Source: Candidatus Obscuribacteraceae bacterium
GTDB taxonomy: Bacteria; Cyanobacteriota; Vampirovibrionia; Obscuribacterales; Obscuribacteraceae
NCBI GenBank assembly: GCA_044229845.1
Contig: JBGASG010000001.1
Span: 832,001 to 896,000, forward strand
Length of the DNA stretch: 64,000 bases
Reading direction: 5' to 3'
Below the pieces are notes generated by a model. The model had not been told where the DNA came from and made no database searches. It saw only the letters and a program-made list of their open reading frames with translations. Position numbers and translations under genes: made by a program. Below, in pieces: positions 27,674-38,088 of the stretch (positions within the stretch are counted from its first letter, which is position 1; every line of letters begins with the position of its first letter).

Positions 27674-29209
27674 ATGTCTGGTGGGCGTGCGCAGGTACCG
27701 GCGTTGAACGGCGATCTTTACGTAAGTCAAGCTGGAACCAGGAGTGATGAACTCCCTGATCCTCTCGTGGGCATGAAACTGGACGGCCGATTTGAAATCG
27801 AGTCGGTGCTCGGATCTGGTGGCATGAGTGTCGTTTATAAAGCCAAGCAGATCAACGTCAATCGCTATGTCGCCATCAAAACGATCAGAATGCAGTTGGG
27901 AAGAAACTCTACTGCGCGCGACCGTTTTCAGCGCGAAGTGAACACACTTTGCGCTATGAATCATCCTCACGTTGTCACAGTCTATGACTGCTTGTTCGGT
28001 GAGGACGGTGCACCATTTGTGGTGATGGATTATTTGCGCGGGCGCAGCTTGGATTTCTTGATCGCGCAGGACGGACCATTCACGATGGATCGTTTTCTCA
28101 ACATCACTCTGCAAGTTCTCAGTGCGCTCGACCACGCGCATGCCAACGGTGTCGTACACCGCGATATGAAACCAGGGAACATCGTGTTGCTCGATGATCA
28201 AACCGATTTCGTCAAGGTCGTTGACTTCGGTCTGGCTAAAGTCGAGGAAGAGAATCGCAAACTGACGCAGTCCGGTGAAATCCTTGGCAGTCCGCCCTAC
28301 ATGAGCCCCGAGCAGTGTCTCGGCAAACCTGGCGACATCCGCTCTGACGTTTACTCGCTGGGCGTCGTCATGTACGAGATGCTCACCGGCATGGATCCGT
28401 TCAATTATGTGAGCAGCGTCTTCGAGATGCTGCAGTGTCACACGTCCAGTATTCCTCCTTCGATGAAGGACAAAAATCCTGATGTGTCGGTGCCACCAGA
28501 GGTGGAGGCAGTGATTTTCAAGGCGATGGAGAAGGACCCAAGCAAACGCTATCAAACTATTCGTGAGCTGCAAGACGCGCTGGTGTCTGCCTGCGCCGGA
28601 CCCGTGTCCAAGACTTCCGGCGATGTCGCTCTGCGTGCCGCTGCTACCGCTGCCAGTCGGGCTACGTCAGGAAACCCGGCTGCTGCCGCCCCACCGTCAC
28701 CGCCGGCCCGCGGCGGCGAATTCAATCGAGCCAGATACGCCACCATCAGCGATGGACAGGCTGAGCAAAAATCATCATTGGGGATGGGTGTTTTGATTGG
28801 GGCTGTTTGCGCTATCGTTCTGCTGGCGGGTTTGGGTTTCTTCTTGCTGCCCAGACTGACTGTCACCAACCCACCGACACAGCCGGCGGTCGCGCCAACA
28901 ACACCAACAACACCAACAACACCAACAACACCAACAACACCGGCGCCTTCATCGACGGCGACAAGCCCGACAACTTCACCGCAACCAGCTACGGCGCCCC
29001 CAGCGGCAGAGAGCCCCGAGACAGTGACGCCCAAGTCGACTAGTGCAGTCAAGCCGCCGACTCCGCCTGCAAAGAAAGTTGCCAAGCCTGTCAGGCATGC
29101 TACAGTTGCACCCGCGCCTGTCCCAAAACCAGCGAAACCAGCAGCCAAACCGGCTGCCAAGCCGAAGCAGTTCGGGCAGGACTTGCAGAATTTGAGAAGC
29201 AGCCACTGA
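27674..29209 (+). CDS. Hanks-type Ser/Thr kinase with TM helix and Pro/Thr-rich tail
   Basis: LGSGGMS, VAIK, HRDMKPGN, DFG and YMSPEQ motifs. Confidence 0.93.
   Translation: MSGGRAQVPALNGDLYVSQAGTRSDELPDPLVGMKLDGRFEIESVLGSGGMSVVYKAKQINVNRYVAIKTIRMQLGRNSTARDRFQREVNTLCAMNHPHVVTVYDCLFGEDGAPFVVMDYLRGRSLDFLIAQDGPFTMDRFLNITLQVLSALDHAHANGVVHRDMKPGNIVLLDDQTDFVKVVDFGLAKVEEENRKLTQSGEILGSPPYMSPEQCLGKPGDIRSDVYSLGVVMYEMLTGMDPFNYVSSVFEMLQCHTSSIPPSMKDKNPDVSVPPEVEAVIFKAMEKDPSKRYQTIRELQDALVSACAGPVSKTSGDVALRAAATAASRATSGNPAAAAPPSPPARGGEFNRARYATISDGQAEQKSSLGMGVLIGAVCAIVLLAGLGFFLLPRLTVTNPPTQPAVAPTTPTTPTTPTTPTTPAPSSTATSPTTSPQPATAPPAAESPETVTPKSTSAVKPPTPPAKKVAKPVRHATVAPAPVPKPAKPAAKPAAKPKQFGQDLQNLRSSH
28895..28939 (+). 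repeat. Perfect 9-bp tandem repeat x5 encoding (PTT)5
   Basis: CCAACAACA five times. Confidence 0.95.
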
Positions 29210-29234
29210 GAGTGGGAACAATCGGCGAGTGTGA

Positions 29235-30479
29235 ATGAGCTGGTTTGAGAAACTGAAATCTGCGCCGACAACTGTTCTGTGTGTGGTGTCGTTTGCGTTG
29301 TTCGTGGAGGAGTTGCTCTACGGGCTGGTCGTGCCATTGACGCCGGTATCGCCGGCGCACATCCAGGACGAGCACATGCTGAGCACCTTATACGGTGCCT
29401 ACGCGGTTGGATTGATCCTGGCGACACCAGTTTTGGGAGTGCTCACTGAGAGAATCGGCAGACGCAAGCCGATGGTACTGGGCGTGGTGCTGCTTTTGAT
29501 CTCCGCGTTCCTGATGTGGTACGGCACGTCGACGGAATACTGGATCGTGGCACGCGTATTGCAGGGTGCGGGCGCCGCCTGCACATGGACTGCCGGACTG
29601 GCACTGGTAGCCGGTTATTACATTCAAAATCGCGTCAAAGGAATGGGTTTCGCCATGCTGGGCGCCACCACGGGATCGATAGTTGGACCTGTGATGGGCG
29701 GCGAACTTTACGATTGGGTAGGCTACGACCCGGCATTTGGATTTGCCGTCGGTGCACTGATTCTCAATGCGATTCTGATATTTGTATTGACGCCAACTAC
29801 CAAGGGACCGAGGAACAATCCGCCCTGGGATGAGTGGTTCAGGGAGCTGCGCGGCATCGTCACGGATAAAAGCGTGCTTGCCGCGGGGTTTGCAGTTTCT
29901 CTGGCGGCCGCCAGCTGGGCTTTGATGGAGCCGCTCTTTCCGATGCAAATCGGGCGTATCGCCAAAGATGCTTCACCCACTGCCATCGGTGTTTTGTTCA
30001 CGATTTCCAACGTGCTGTATGCGTTTCTTGCGCCGATCGTCGCCAAGGTCTCTGATCGTATTGGTATCAGACAGACGACAGCAGCCGGACTTGTCATGAC
30101 TGCGATCACCATGCCGCTCCTGGCGTTGTCGCCAACGATGGTGCTAGCCGGTATCGTGTTGTGCTTGATCACTATCGGCTATGCGTTCACGATCAATCCC
30201 ACATCGGCAGAACTCGGTGACGCCGTGGATCGACGCGGCTCTAAGTCGTACGCAGTTGCGTATGCGGTCTATAATCTGTCTTACTCGGTGGGAATGATCT
30301 CTGCCGACTCTTTCGTCGAAGTGGCAACAGACTCGGCACACCACATGCCGATTTTGCAGATACTGATGATCATGAGTGCTCTGTTCGTTACCTGCGTTCC
30401 ACTGTTCCTCTTCAAACCGCGTGTTGTAGCCGATGCTACAGTTTCATCGCCTGTGCCTGAAAACTCTGGGAAACAATAA
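29235..30479 (+). CDS. MFS transporter (DHA1 / vesicular amine transporter-like)
   Basis: About 12 TM helices; ERIGRRK and ARVLQG motifs. Confidence 0.88.
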   Translation: MSWFEKLKSAPTTVLCVVSFALFVEELLYGLVVPLTPVSPAHIQDEHMLSTLYGAYAVGLILATPVLGVLTERIGRRKPMVLGVVLLLISAFLMWYGTSTEYWIVARVLQGAGAACTWTAGLALVAGYYIQNRVKGMGFAMLGATTGSIVGPVMGGELYDWVGYDPAFGFAVGALILNAILIFVLTPTTKGPRNNPPWDEWFRELRGIVTDKSVLAAGFAVSLAAASWALMEPLFPMQIGRIAKDASPTAIGVLFTISNVLYAFLAPIVAKVSDRIGIRQTTAAGLVMTAITMPLLALSPTMVLAGIVLCLITIGYAFTINPTSAELGDAVDRRGSKSYAVAYAVYNLSYSVGMISADSFVEVATDSAHHMPILQILMIMSALFVTCVPLFLFKPRVVADATVSSPVPENSGKQ

Positions 30480-31961
30480 ATGTCACGCTCATTCATTGGA
30501 AGGTTAGCTCAAAAATTCGTTTCCAAGGAGGAGCGAATTTCGCGTCGCGAGATGCTGCAGGGCATGATGGCAACAGCCGCCAGCTTGATGGTCAGCTCTC
30601 AGTTTCTGGAGGGCGCGCGGGCGGCGACGAAAAACGATCATCGTATTGTCGTGATTGGCGGCGGGTTCGCCGGATTGGCGGCAGCATTCGAATTATCGCA
30701 GGCGGGCTACACCGTCACGGTTCTGGAAGCTCGCGATCGTCTCGGTGGACGTGTGCACACCCTCACCGATTTCATTCCTGGACGCACAGTGGAAGCTGGT
30801 GCCGAGTTGATTGGTGCCAATCATCCGACATGGCAAGCTTATGCCAAGCGCTTCAAGTTGCAAATGCTGGACCGCTCTGAATATCCGGACAGTGAGCGAC
30901 CTTGCTATTTCCACGGAAAGCTTCTCGAACCGAAAGAAGCACAAGCATTATGGGAAGACGTAGATCACTACTTGTCGCTCTACAACAAGCTAGCGGTGCC
31001 GGTCGACGCCGACCAACCGTGGAAGAGCCCCAACGCCAAAGTAATGGATGGCACCACCGTCAACAGTTGGATTGATGGATTGGAGTGTTCGGACCTTTGC
31101 AAGTTGGCGATTCGCTTGTCGGAAGCATCAGATGCTAACGATCCCGGCTGGCAAAGTCTGCTGGGGCGATTGGCCGTGGTCAAAGGCGGTGGACTGGAGA
31201 AGTACTGGACTGAGTCGGAAATCTATCGCTGTAAGGGCGGCAACCAGCAGCTCGCCGATCATCTGGCCGACGCCATCGGTCGCGATCACATCCAACTGGA
31301 GACTCCGGTCACCGAAGTGGAGGTCAAAGACAAATATGTGGAGGTGACGCTGGCTAATGAGCAGGTTTTGCAATGCGACGACGTCATCGTGGCTGTGCCG
31401 CCGGGAACCTGGAAGCGCATCATGTTTACGCCACCATTTCCGCCGTCGCTTTCGCCGCAGATGGCCAATCAAGTGAAGTTTCTTTCCGAGGTGCGTGAGC
31501 GCTTCTGGGAAAAGGATCACATGTCGCCCAATTCTCTGAGCGACGGCATCGCCGCGGAAACCTGGGATGCCACCGAACATCAGGCAGGACCTGGTCATGC
31601 TTGTTTGACAGTGTTCGCGGGAGGAAACATGGCAGACGTCGGGCGCGCCTGGCCTTCAGACCAGCGAATGGCACATTACGCGTTGGCAATCGAAAAGATC
31701 TATCCGCGCTACTCCGACAACTTCGTCAAGGGCAAGTTCATCGACTGGCCGTCTGATCCCTGGTCGCAGGCCGGTTATTCGGCGCCGGCACCCGGTCAGA
31801 TCATGACCCTTGGTCCCATTCTTTATGACGGCATCGGACGGCTGCATTTCGCCGGCGAGCACACAAGTTTTGCTTTCCAGGGTTACATGGAAGGTGGACT
31901 GCGATCTGGTGCGCTGCTGGCCAAACGAATTGCTATTCGCGACAAGTTGATCAAGTCGTAG
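30480..31961 (+). CDS. Flavin monoamine oxidase-family protein
   Basis: GGGFAGL, EARDRLGGR, FAGEHT and GYMEG motifs; SRREML Tat-like motif. Confidence 0.9.
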   Translation: MSRSFIGRLAQKFVSKEERISRREMLQGMMATAASLMVSSQFLEGARAATKNDHRIVVIGGGFAGLAAAFELSQAGYTVTVLEARDRLGGRVHTLTDFIPGRTVEAGAELIGANHPTWQAYAKRFKLQMLDRSEYPDSERPCYFHGKLLEPKEAQALWEDVDHYLSLYNKLAVPVDADQPWKSPNAKVMDGTTVNSWIDGLECSDLCKLAIRLSEASDANDPGWQSLLGRLAVVKGGGLEKYWTESEIYRCKGGNQQLADHLADAIGRDHIQLETPVTEVEVKDKYVEVTLANEQVLQCDDVIVAVPPGTWKRIMFTPPFPPSLSPQMANQVKFLSEVRERFWEKDHMSPNSLSDGIAAETWDATEHQAGPGHACLTVFAGGNMADVGRAWPSDQRMAHYALAIEKIYPRYSDNFVKGKFIDWPSDPWSQAGYSAPAPGQIMTLGPILYDGIGRLHFAGEHTSFAFQGYMEGGLRSGALLAKRIAIRDKLIKS

Positions 31962-33123
31962 CTGCCTGTCGGCGCGCTCCCAGTGCCAGCACTATCGGCA
32001 GCATGAAAAATGGTGCCAGGGTGGAAATGGCCAGTCCATAATGCAGGTTTGAAACATCAGCAATCGTGCCGACTACCCACGGCATGAAAATTCCGCCGGC
32101 ATTACCAAATGCCGCCAGCGCACCGAACATAGTGGCGCCGCCGTTCGGATATCTGTCTGCCGTGATTGCCAGCATGGTCGGCCACAAGCAGCTGCCTGTC
32201 AATCCTGCCAGTATGCAGGCGATCAAAGCCAAAATGGCGATCGGACAGAACGAACCGATCAGGAAAAGCAAAACCGAGATGCCGCATCCCCATGCCATGA
32301 TCGTGTAGCTGTCGACGCGAGCGCTGAGAGCACCGATACCCATGCGGCCGATGGCCATGCAGATGGAGAAGAGAAACAACCCGACGCCGCCCACCCATTG
32401 GGGATATTTCAAGGAAATTTCGGCGTATGCCGGCAGCCATTGAGCCATTCCCAGCTCGGTGGCGCCGCCTAAAAAAATCGCGGTCAGCGCGCCGACGAAC
32501 CAGTAGTCTTTGATCAACTGGCGCAGCGGAGTTCGCTCACCACCCTCGGTGACCAGCTGAGGAAACTTCACCGCACCGAGCGCAAAAATTAGTATCAGAG
32601 GCAAAGGAATCAGAAACAGACTGGAGACGCGCCAGGAGATGCCTGCCTGCAGAGCAAGAGTCCCTGCTATCACGGTCAAAGTTGCTCCCACGCAGTAGAA
32701 AGAATGCAACCAGTTCATTGAGCCGGTGCGTGTCTCCGGGTTGAGCGCCGACACGACCGGGCTGAGCACCATGTCGAGAGTTCCGGCACCGAAGCCGAGC
32801 AAAAAGTTGGCGCAAAGCAATACTGTGTAGTCGGGCGACCAGTAAGTGACGATCAATCCGGCGACCAGAAGAGCATTGCCCAGGAGCGCAAATACCTTGG
32901 CACCAAATCGATCAGCCAGTGGACCGGTGGTCAAAATTGCCAGCACCAGACCAATGAATGTCACGGCACCGAGGCGACCCAACTGCTCTTGTGTAAGGGC
33001 ACCACCATCAGCACCCGGAAAAGAGTGTTGAATCGACACCAGAAAAATCGGCAAAAGATTGACGCCGATCGCCAGACTCATCATGGCGGCATAGCAAAGC
33101 AGCGTCAGTAGTTTTGGGCGCAA
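31951..33123 (-). CDS. MFS sugar transporter (FucP/TsgA-like)
   Basis: LADRFG and NWLHSFY motifs; about 12 TM helices. Likely start is TTG 33123, just after the HAD gene stop. Confidence 0.82.
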   Translation of the reverse strand: MRPKLLTLLCYAAMMSLAIGVNLLPIFLVSIQHSFPGADGGALTQEQLGRLGAVTFIGLVLAILTTGPLADRFGAKVFALLGNALLVAGLIVTYWSPDYTVLLCANFLLGFGAGTLDMVLSPVVSALNPETRTGSMNWLHSFYCVGATLTVIAGTLALQAGISWRVSSLFLIPLPLILIFALGAVKFPQLVTEGGERTPLRQLIKDYWFVGALTAIFLGGATELGMAQWLPAYAEISLKYPQWVGGVGLFLFSICMAIGRMGIGALSARVDSYTIMAWGCGISVLLFLIGSFCPIAILALIACILAGLTGSCLWPTMLAITADRYPNGGATMFGALAAFGNAGGIFMPWVVGTIADVSNLHYGLAISTLAPFFMLPIVLALGARRQAATT

Positions 33124-33127
33124 GCGA

Positions 33128-33814
33128 TCACTTCGCGGCCTGTGTTGCAGGCTGTGGACAGCCCTGGGCCAGCCAGTTGCGTACGTCGTGCAGCGACGAG
33201 AACACGCCTTCGGCAATTTGGCGTGATTCATCCGATGCGGGAAGCAAGTCAGGCACCAGGCACGAACGCATGCCGCCTGCACGAGCTGCCAACAGCCCGC
33301 TATGCGCATCTTCCAGGATCAAACAACGAGCAGGTTCGACTCCCAATGCTTCCTGTGCTTTCAAGAAGATGTCGGGATTCGGCTTGCCGCGCTCTACCAT
33401 GTCACCACCGATGATGACTGTGAAGTACTGGCGAATGTTGTGGTGCTCAAGGCGTTCGCTCGCTTCAGCCTGCACAGTGGAAGTGCCGACGGCGCAAGGA
33501 ATGTTGTTTTCCTTAGCCCAGACGAGCAATTCTTTTACCCCTGGTTTTAAGGGCAGTCCTTCGCGTTCGTGCATTTCCTTATATAGGGATGCCGCGCGAG
33601 TGCGGAAGGTTTCCAGCGGAAACGCCGCACCGAATGAGTCGCACAAAACGCGTTCGCAATCGGCGATGGTGATACCGATCAGTTTTAGATAGAGGGCATC
33701 AGTGAGGTCGAAACCCGATTCTTTTGCCGCCTGTGTCCAGGCCCGTTTGTACAGACCTTCGGTATCGAGAAGCAGCCCGTCCATGTCGAAGATGAGGGCT
33801 TGCGGAGTGCGCAT
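33128..33814 (-). CDS. HAD-superfamily phosphatase
   Basis: FDMDGLLLDTE, GKPNPD and LEDAHSG motifs. Confidence 0.92.
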   Translation of the reverse strand: MRTPQALIFDMDGLLLDTEGLYKRAWTQAAKESGFDLTDALYLKLIGITIADCERVLCDSFGAAFPLETFRTRAASLYKEMHEREGLPLKPGVKELLVWAKENNIPCAVGTSTVQAEASERLEHHNIRQYFTVIIGGDMVERGKPNPDIFLKAQEALGVEPARCLILEDAHSGLLAARAGGMRSCLVPDLLPASDESRQIAEGVFSSLHDVRNWLAQGCPQPATQAAK

Positions 33815-33830
33815 AATCAGTCCCCTTATA

Positions 33831-34391
33831 TTAGTTGGGCAGTGCCGCCGGTTCGTCGGCTTCCGGCGCCTGGAAGATATCAATCTGCTTGTTGGCGAAG
33901 ACGTTGTCGGTTTCTTCATTGCAGAAGGTGCTGACTTCGCCGATTAAAGCTTCGCCGCCCACCGGCACAAACTCGTGCCAGATGCCCGGTGTCAGCGTTA
34001 TGCGGCTGCCGGCCTTCAGTTGGAAAGGCACACCCGACTCACGCTTTTCCATGGTGCGATCGATTTTTACTTCGACCGCACCATTTGGTTTGCCTTCGCT
34101 GGGGTTCGAAGACCACAACGTGATCTGCAAAGTGCCCTGACGGCAAATGATGTCTTCTTTCTTTTCATAGTGCGTGTGTGCCGGCGTCACCATGCCTTCC
34201 TGCGCGTACATGATCTTTTCGCAGTATTCAGGCTCGTTGGCGAGCAGTACCTCGACCAGACCGACCGTTTTATAGTCGCCCAGTCCGAAATCGCAAGCCG
34301 ACCATTCGGCCTTTGGCGGTAATACCCAGTGATGTTTCTTCAGGCACTCTGCCGCCTCGCGGCAGAGTTTGTTGATTTCGCTTTGCTTCAT
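33831..34391 (-). CDS. D-lyxose/D-mannose-family sugar isomerase (cupin)
   Basis: MKQSEIN, YCEK, PAHTH..KKEDII, PGIWHEF and GEVS..N..TDN motifs. Confidence 0.88.
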   Translation of the reverse strand: MKQSEINKLCREAAECLKKHHWVLPPKAEWSACDFGLGDYKTVGLVEVLLANEPEYCEKIMYAQEGMVTPAHTHYEKKEDIICRQGTLQITLWSSNPSEGKPNGAVEVKIDRTMEKRESGVPFQLKAGSRITLTPGIWHEFVPVGGEALIGEVSTFCNEETDNVFANKQIDIFQAPEADEPAALPN

Positions 34392-34404
34392 GACGTTCCT
34401 TTAC

Positions 34405-35253
34405 TTACACTTTCGAAAGTTCTTTTTCTTCAATGTGTCTGAGCGCATCTTTGGCTGATTCGCCATTATGCAGAACGGCTTGCAGAGCCTTAGTCATGCC
34501 CTTAGGATTCTTGTGCTGGATGACATTGCGACCGTAAATAAATCCGGCAACGCCTTCAGCCACCAATTTTTCTGTGTGTTCGAGAACTTCTTTGTCTGAA
34601 GCGCGACTGCCGCCTCGTACGCAGACCGGCACGCCCGATGCAGCTTCGATGACGCGATCGAATTCGCTCTCCGGTTCGGTCGAATCGGTTTTGATCAAAT
34701 CGGCGCCCAGTTCGGCCGCCATGCGAGCCAATGTGGCAACGCGAGCAGGATTGCCGTCGCCCACCAGACCGTCTTTGGTTTTCTTGAACGACAGAGGCTC
34801 GATGCCCAGGGGCATGCCGTAGCGATCGCATTCATTCTTGATTTTCAAGATATTGCGAACGCATTGATTGAGCATCTCCGGGAAGTCGTCAACTTGCAAC
34901 AGATTCAACAAGATGCACGCCGCATCGAGGCGAACCGCTACTTCGACCGCGCCTTCGTAGGCTTCGCAGAAAAGTTTGGAGGTCGGAACGACGTCGTTGT
35001 AAAAGTTGGCTGTGTCGGCGCGCAGCATCAAAGCCGGTTTGTTGCGTCCGGGCACGCGTTGCAGATGCGGAGCCTCACCGGGTGACAGAAGCACGCCGTC
35101 GGGATTGGCGTCGGCCAGGGTTGTCACTGTTTTTTCCATGTTCTCGATGCCTTCCAGGAAGGCACTGTTGTTGAAGAGAGCGTGGTCAACCGCGACTACG
35201 AGAGTGCGCTTGGACGTTGGGTGAAACAGACGATTCAATCGATAAAGCATCAC
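34405..35253 (-). CDS. Class I aldolase (DhnA/LsrF family)
   Basis: VAVDH, AAELGADLIKT, RGG and YGRNVIQ motifs. Confidence 0.9.
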   Translation of the reverse strand: MMLYRLNRLFHPTSKRTLVVAVDHALFNNSAFLEGIENMEKTVTTLADANPDGVLLSPGEAPHLQRVPGRNKPALMLRADTANFYNDVVPTSKLFCEAYEGAVEVAVRLDAACILLNLLQVDDFPEMLNQCVRNILKIKNECDRYGMPLGIEPLSFKKTKDGLVGDGNPARVATLARMAAELGADLIKTDSTEPESEFDRVIEAASGVPVCVRGGSRASDKEVLEHTEKLVAEGVAGFIYGRNVIQHKNPKGMTKALQAVLHNGESAKDALRHIEEKELSKV

Positions 35254-35493
35254 TGGTACCTGCGGTGAGTTTTCAACAGTTCCGGCAGCGGGGACGCGCG
35301 GATAAGTTGGCTGATTTTAACATATGCATTGCTTATACAAGGGTGCTCATGGCGACTGCAATTGCGTAGCGAGCGGTGTCGGGTGTTGCCACCAATTGCG
35401 GTACTACACACAGGCATGAGCAAGGGAAAGGAGCGAGGCCGGCAAGAGCAGACCTCGCGTCGTCTATTTTGGTTGATCAATCAATGCGCAGCG

Positions 35494-35988
35494 TTACTTC
35501 AGAAGGTTTTCCAGTCCCTTGGTGCCGCCGACGCCTTGTTTAACGCCCTGTTTCATCAGTTCGTTGACGCCTTTTTGCATGCCTTGTTTAACCAAGCCCT
35601 TCATCATGTCGCCGGCAACGCCGGTGGGGACCAGTGAGTTAGTCGTGGCTTGTGTAGGCGGTGCACCGGCTGCGGCAGTGGCTGCCGGAGCGACGGCCGG
35701 CGTGGTTGCGGCGGTGGCTGGAGTGGCAGGTGTGCCGGGCGTTGCCGGGGTTGCGCTGCCGGCAATTTTCACTTCCAGTCCCTCAGGGGACGGACCAAGA
35801 ATCATGTTGCCTTTTTGCGTCACTGTCAGCGAGTACGACTTATGCGAGATCTGCTCGGTGACGTAGTACTGACCGGCAGGCATGGTTGTTGTGCCGACTT
35901 CCTGTGGTCCCGTGATAGGCGCTGTGTCAGCGGCTGCCGGGAGCATCGCCGAGAGAGCGATTGTTAGTGCAAGCATTACGTGTCGCAT
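35494..35988 (-). CDS. Exported hypothetical protein with Ala/Pro/Thr linker
   Basis: Signal peptide; GAGG RBS. Confidence 0.72.
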   Translation of the reverse strand: MRHVMLALTIALSAMLPAAADTAPITGPQEVGTTTMPAGQYYVTEQISHKSYSLTVTQKGNMILGPSPEGLEVKIAGSATPATPGTPATPATAATTPAVAPAATAAAGAPPTQATTNSLVPTGVAGDMMKGLVKQGMQKGVNELMKQGVKQGVGGTKGLENLLK

Positions 35989-36333
35989 GTAAATACCTCG
36001 GTGTTTTCAGGACTTTTTTTGGTTCTCCGCACACTCTTACTACCCACTCAGTCGAAGAACTACATTAAATGCGAGAGGCTGTCGATTTAGAGTGTCTGCT
36101 TGGCTTCTGGGGCGATCTGGTGAACTCCAGAATGCCGGCCGGCGGGTGTAGTAGCGGTATCACAGACGGTAGTGCAGGTGGTGCTGGAACCCCTCACCAG
36201 TGCTGACGGTGAAGTGTCACTGGCAGAGGCTGTCAGGGCACGACAATGACTCGAAATACCAGGTTTTTCCCATGCGAAAATGATCGAAAAACAGTTATCA
36301 TGAGGATAGGAAAACAACTCCTGTCGTGCCGCG

Positions 36334-37965
36334 ATGCTCTCACATCGATGCGCGGCTGATTCGTGTTGTCTGTATGAGGATGATTACATGGTCAATATTA
36401 CGAAGTCCGCAGGTGGTATCACATTCAGTGTCGATGATGTGGAGCCGGCGACAGCCGCGCTCAATTGTCGCGACCTGGGATACGGGCTGAGCACATTGTT
36501 GCCCGGCGGTGTGCGACTCAATTCGTGGTCCGACTACAATTCCAAAGTCGTGAGCGACGTCGAGTTTCATCCGCTGATCGCCGCAGTGCACCTGGCATTC
36601 GCCGATCACCGTCCCCTGGTCATTTCGCCTGACATGATCTGGGTGACGATACTGCAAGGTTTTTCGCAGCACGTGCGCAACAATGCGGAAGCACTGCGTC
36701 ACAAGCTGGTCAAACACGCCGAAGGAAAAGTGGAGATCGGCATCGCGATGGATGACCTCTTTCTTGAATCTCCAGAAAGTGCCTGGCACGAAGCGATTGA
36801 GATGCTGGCATTTGCTTTGCGCAATGAGATTGGCGATATCTTCGATAACTTGATGTGCGACTTCAGCACCACAGGGCCAGTCGAACGCACAGTAAGTCGA
36901 ATCACGCTTCTCGATATCTATGAACCATTTTTCGATTACGTGATCTTAGCTGGATGCGGAATTCCCTCCATTACCCTGGAGGGGACCAGTGCAGATTGGT
37001 TGAAGATGCGCAACAAGCTCGATGTACTCACCGACTTCGGTCTGGACTTCTGGCTTGTTCACGTACGGCCGATTCTGGAGCAGTTTTACAGAGCTTCGCG
37101 TGGCGACATCGATCTCAATCATTGGCAGAGCATCTACAAGCAACAGACCCATTACGGAGTAGCGCGAATCAATGGCTGGATAGCCAAGTTGATTCCATAC
37201 CTGAAAGGGCGCTCTGAGAAATTCGATGATGTAAATCCGCTGCTGCTGCCGTCGTCTGATCCTCGCTCTGAGGATGCCGAAGTGTTTTCCTCATTGCTTC
37301 CAATGGGTACGGCGCTGGTTCCATTTCTGTTAATCGACAAAACGACTGAGCCGACTCGCTCATTCAGTATGGAAATCGTCGGCGGCTTTGTGGGCGTCGA
37401 TCAAGATGAAGAAACACTGGCGCTGCGCCCGAAGCTTGGATGGGCAGTGCGGCAGGCGGCGATTGCGGCCTACTTCAACTACGACATTCCGCAGACTTGG
37501 ACGATTGAGCCGCCTTTGGGCGCAGAGGAGCAGTTGCCGTTGCTCGATTTGTTGCATCTGCGTGCTCTTTATGGCGTTGACGCCAACAGCTTGACCGCGT
37601 TCTACCGGGACTGCAATGGTATTGTGTTCTCTGATACTGTCAGTGGTGTTGGTGCCCGCATCAGACCACTGGCGGAACTCACTTTCGAGCACGAACCGGT
37701 TGTCGACGAGAGCCGTTTCTGGGACCGCACCATCTGGGTGACTATTGCCGACCTGGCCGACGGCGGGCAGGCTTATTTGTGCATCGGCAATGACGACCCC
37801 GCCATCTGGAAAACCGCTCCAGGCTGCGAGGAAAAACTTCCGGTCGCTTATCGCTTTGTGCAATTCGTCAGGGCGTTTGTGAGAAACGAGGGCAACGTCC
37901 CTGTGCTGCCGCCAATGAGTAATGAAGAAAGGAGGAAACTCTGGTTCGGGTTTGCAGAAAACTAA
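36334..37965 (+). CDS. DUF4419-domain protein with C-terminal SMI1/KNR4-like domain
   Basis: AFADHRPLVISPDMIW, FSTT, CGIPSITLEGT..DW and INGWI motifs; tail has FYRDCNG. Start may be ATG 36388. Confidence 0.78.
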   Translation: MLSHRCAADSCCLYEDDYMVNITKSAGGITFSVDDVEPATAALNCRDLGYGLSTLLPGGVRLNSWSDYNSKVVSDVEFHPLIAAVHLAFADHRPLVISPDMIWVTILQGFSQHVRNNAEALRHKLVKHAEGKVEIGIAMDDLFLESPESAWHEAIEMLAFALRNEIGDIFDNLMCDFSTTGPVERTVSRITLLDIYEPFFDYVILAGCGIPSITLEGTSADWLKMRNKLDVLTDFGLDFWLVHVRPILEQFYRASRGDIDLNHWQSIYKQQTHYGVARINGWIAKLIPYLKGRSEKFDDVNPLLLPSSDPRSEDAEVFSSLLPMGTALVPFLLIDKTTEPTRSFSMEIVGGFVGVDQDEETLALRPKLGWAVRQAAIAAYFNYDIPQTWTIEPPLGAEEQLPLLDLLHLRALYGVDANSLTAFYRDCNGIVFSDTVSGVGARIRPLAELTFEHEPVVDESRFWDRTIWVTIADLADGGQAYLCIGNDDPAIWKTAPGCEEKLPVAYRFVQFVRAFVRNEGNVPVLPPMSNEERRKLWFGFAEN

Positions 37966-37999
37966 GCATTCTTTCTGGGGTAGGTGGCTCCTGATTCGG

Positions 38000-38038
38000 C
38001 CTTGGGGAAATCAACAGAAGTGTTGATTTCCCCTAAGG
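38000..38038. terminator. Long hairpin between convergent genes
   Basis: GGGGAAATCAACA-GAAG-TGTTGATTTCCCC, a 13-bp perfect stem extendable by CCTT/AAGG. Confidence 0.6.
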
Positions 38039-38088
38039 GGTTAGTAGCACCCCCAACGGATTCTTCTTCCCCGTCAGGTCGGGTCGGG

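Noticed and set aside
36087..36317. Ser/Thr/Cys-rich 76-aa ORF as a RiPP precursor
   Set aside because: No modification enzymes or leader motif nearby, and the start is weak.
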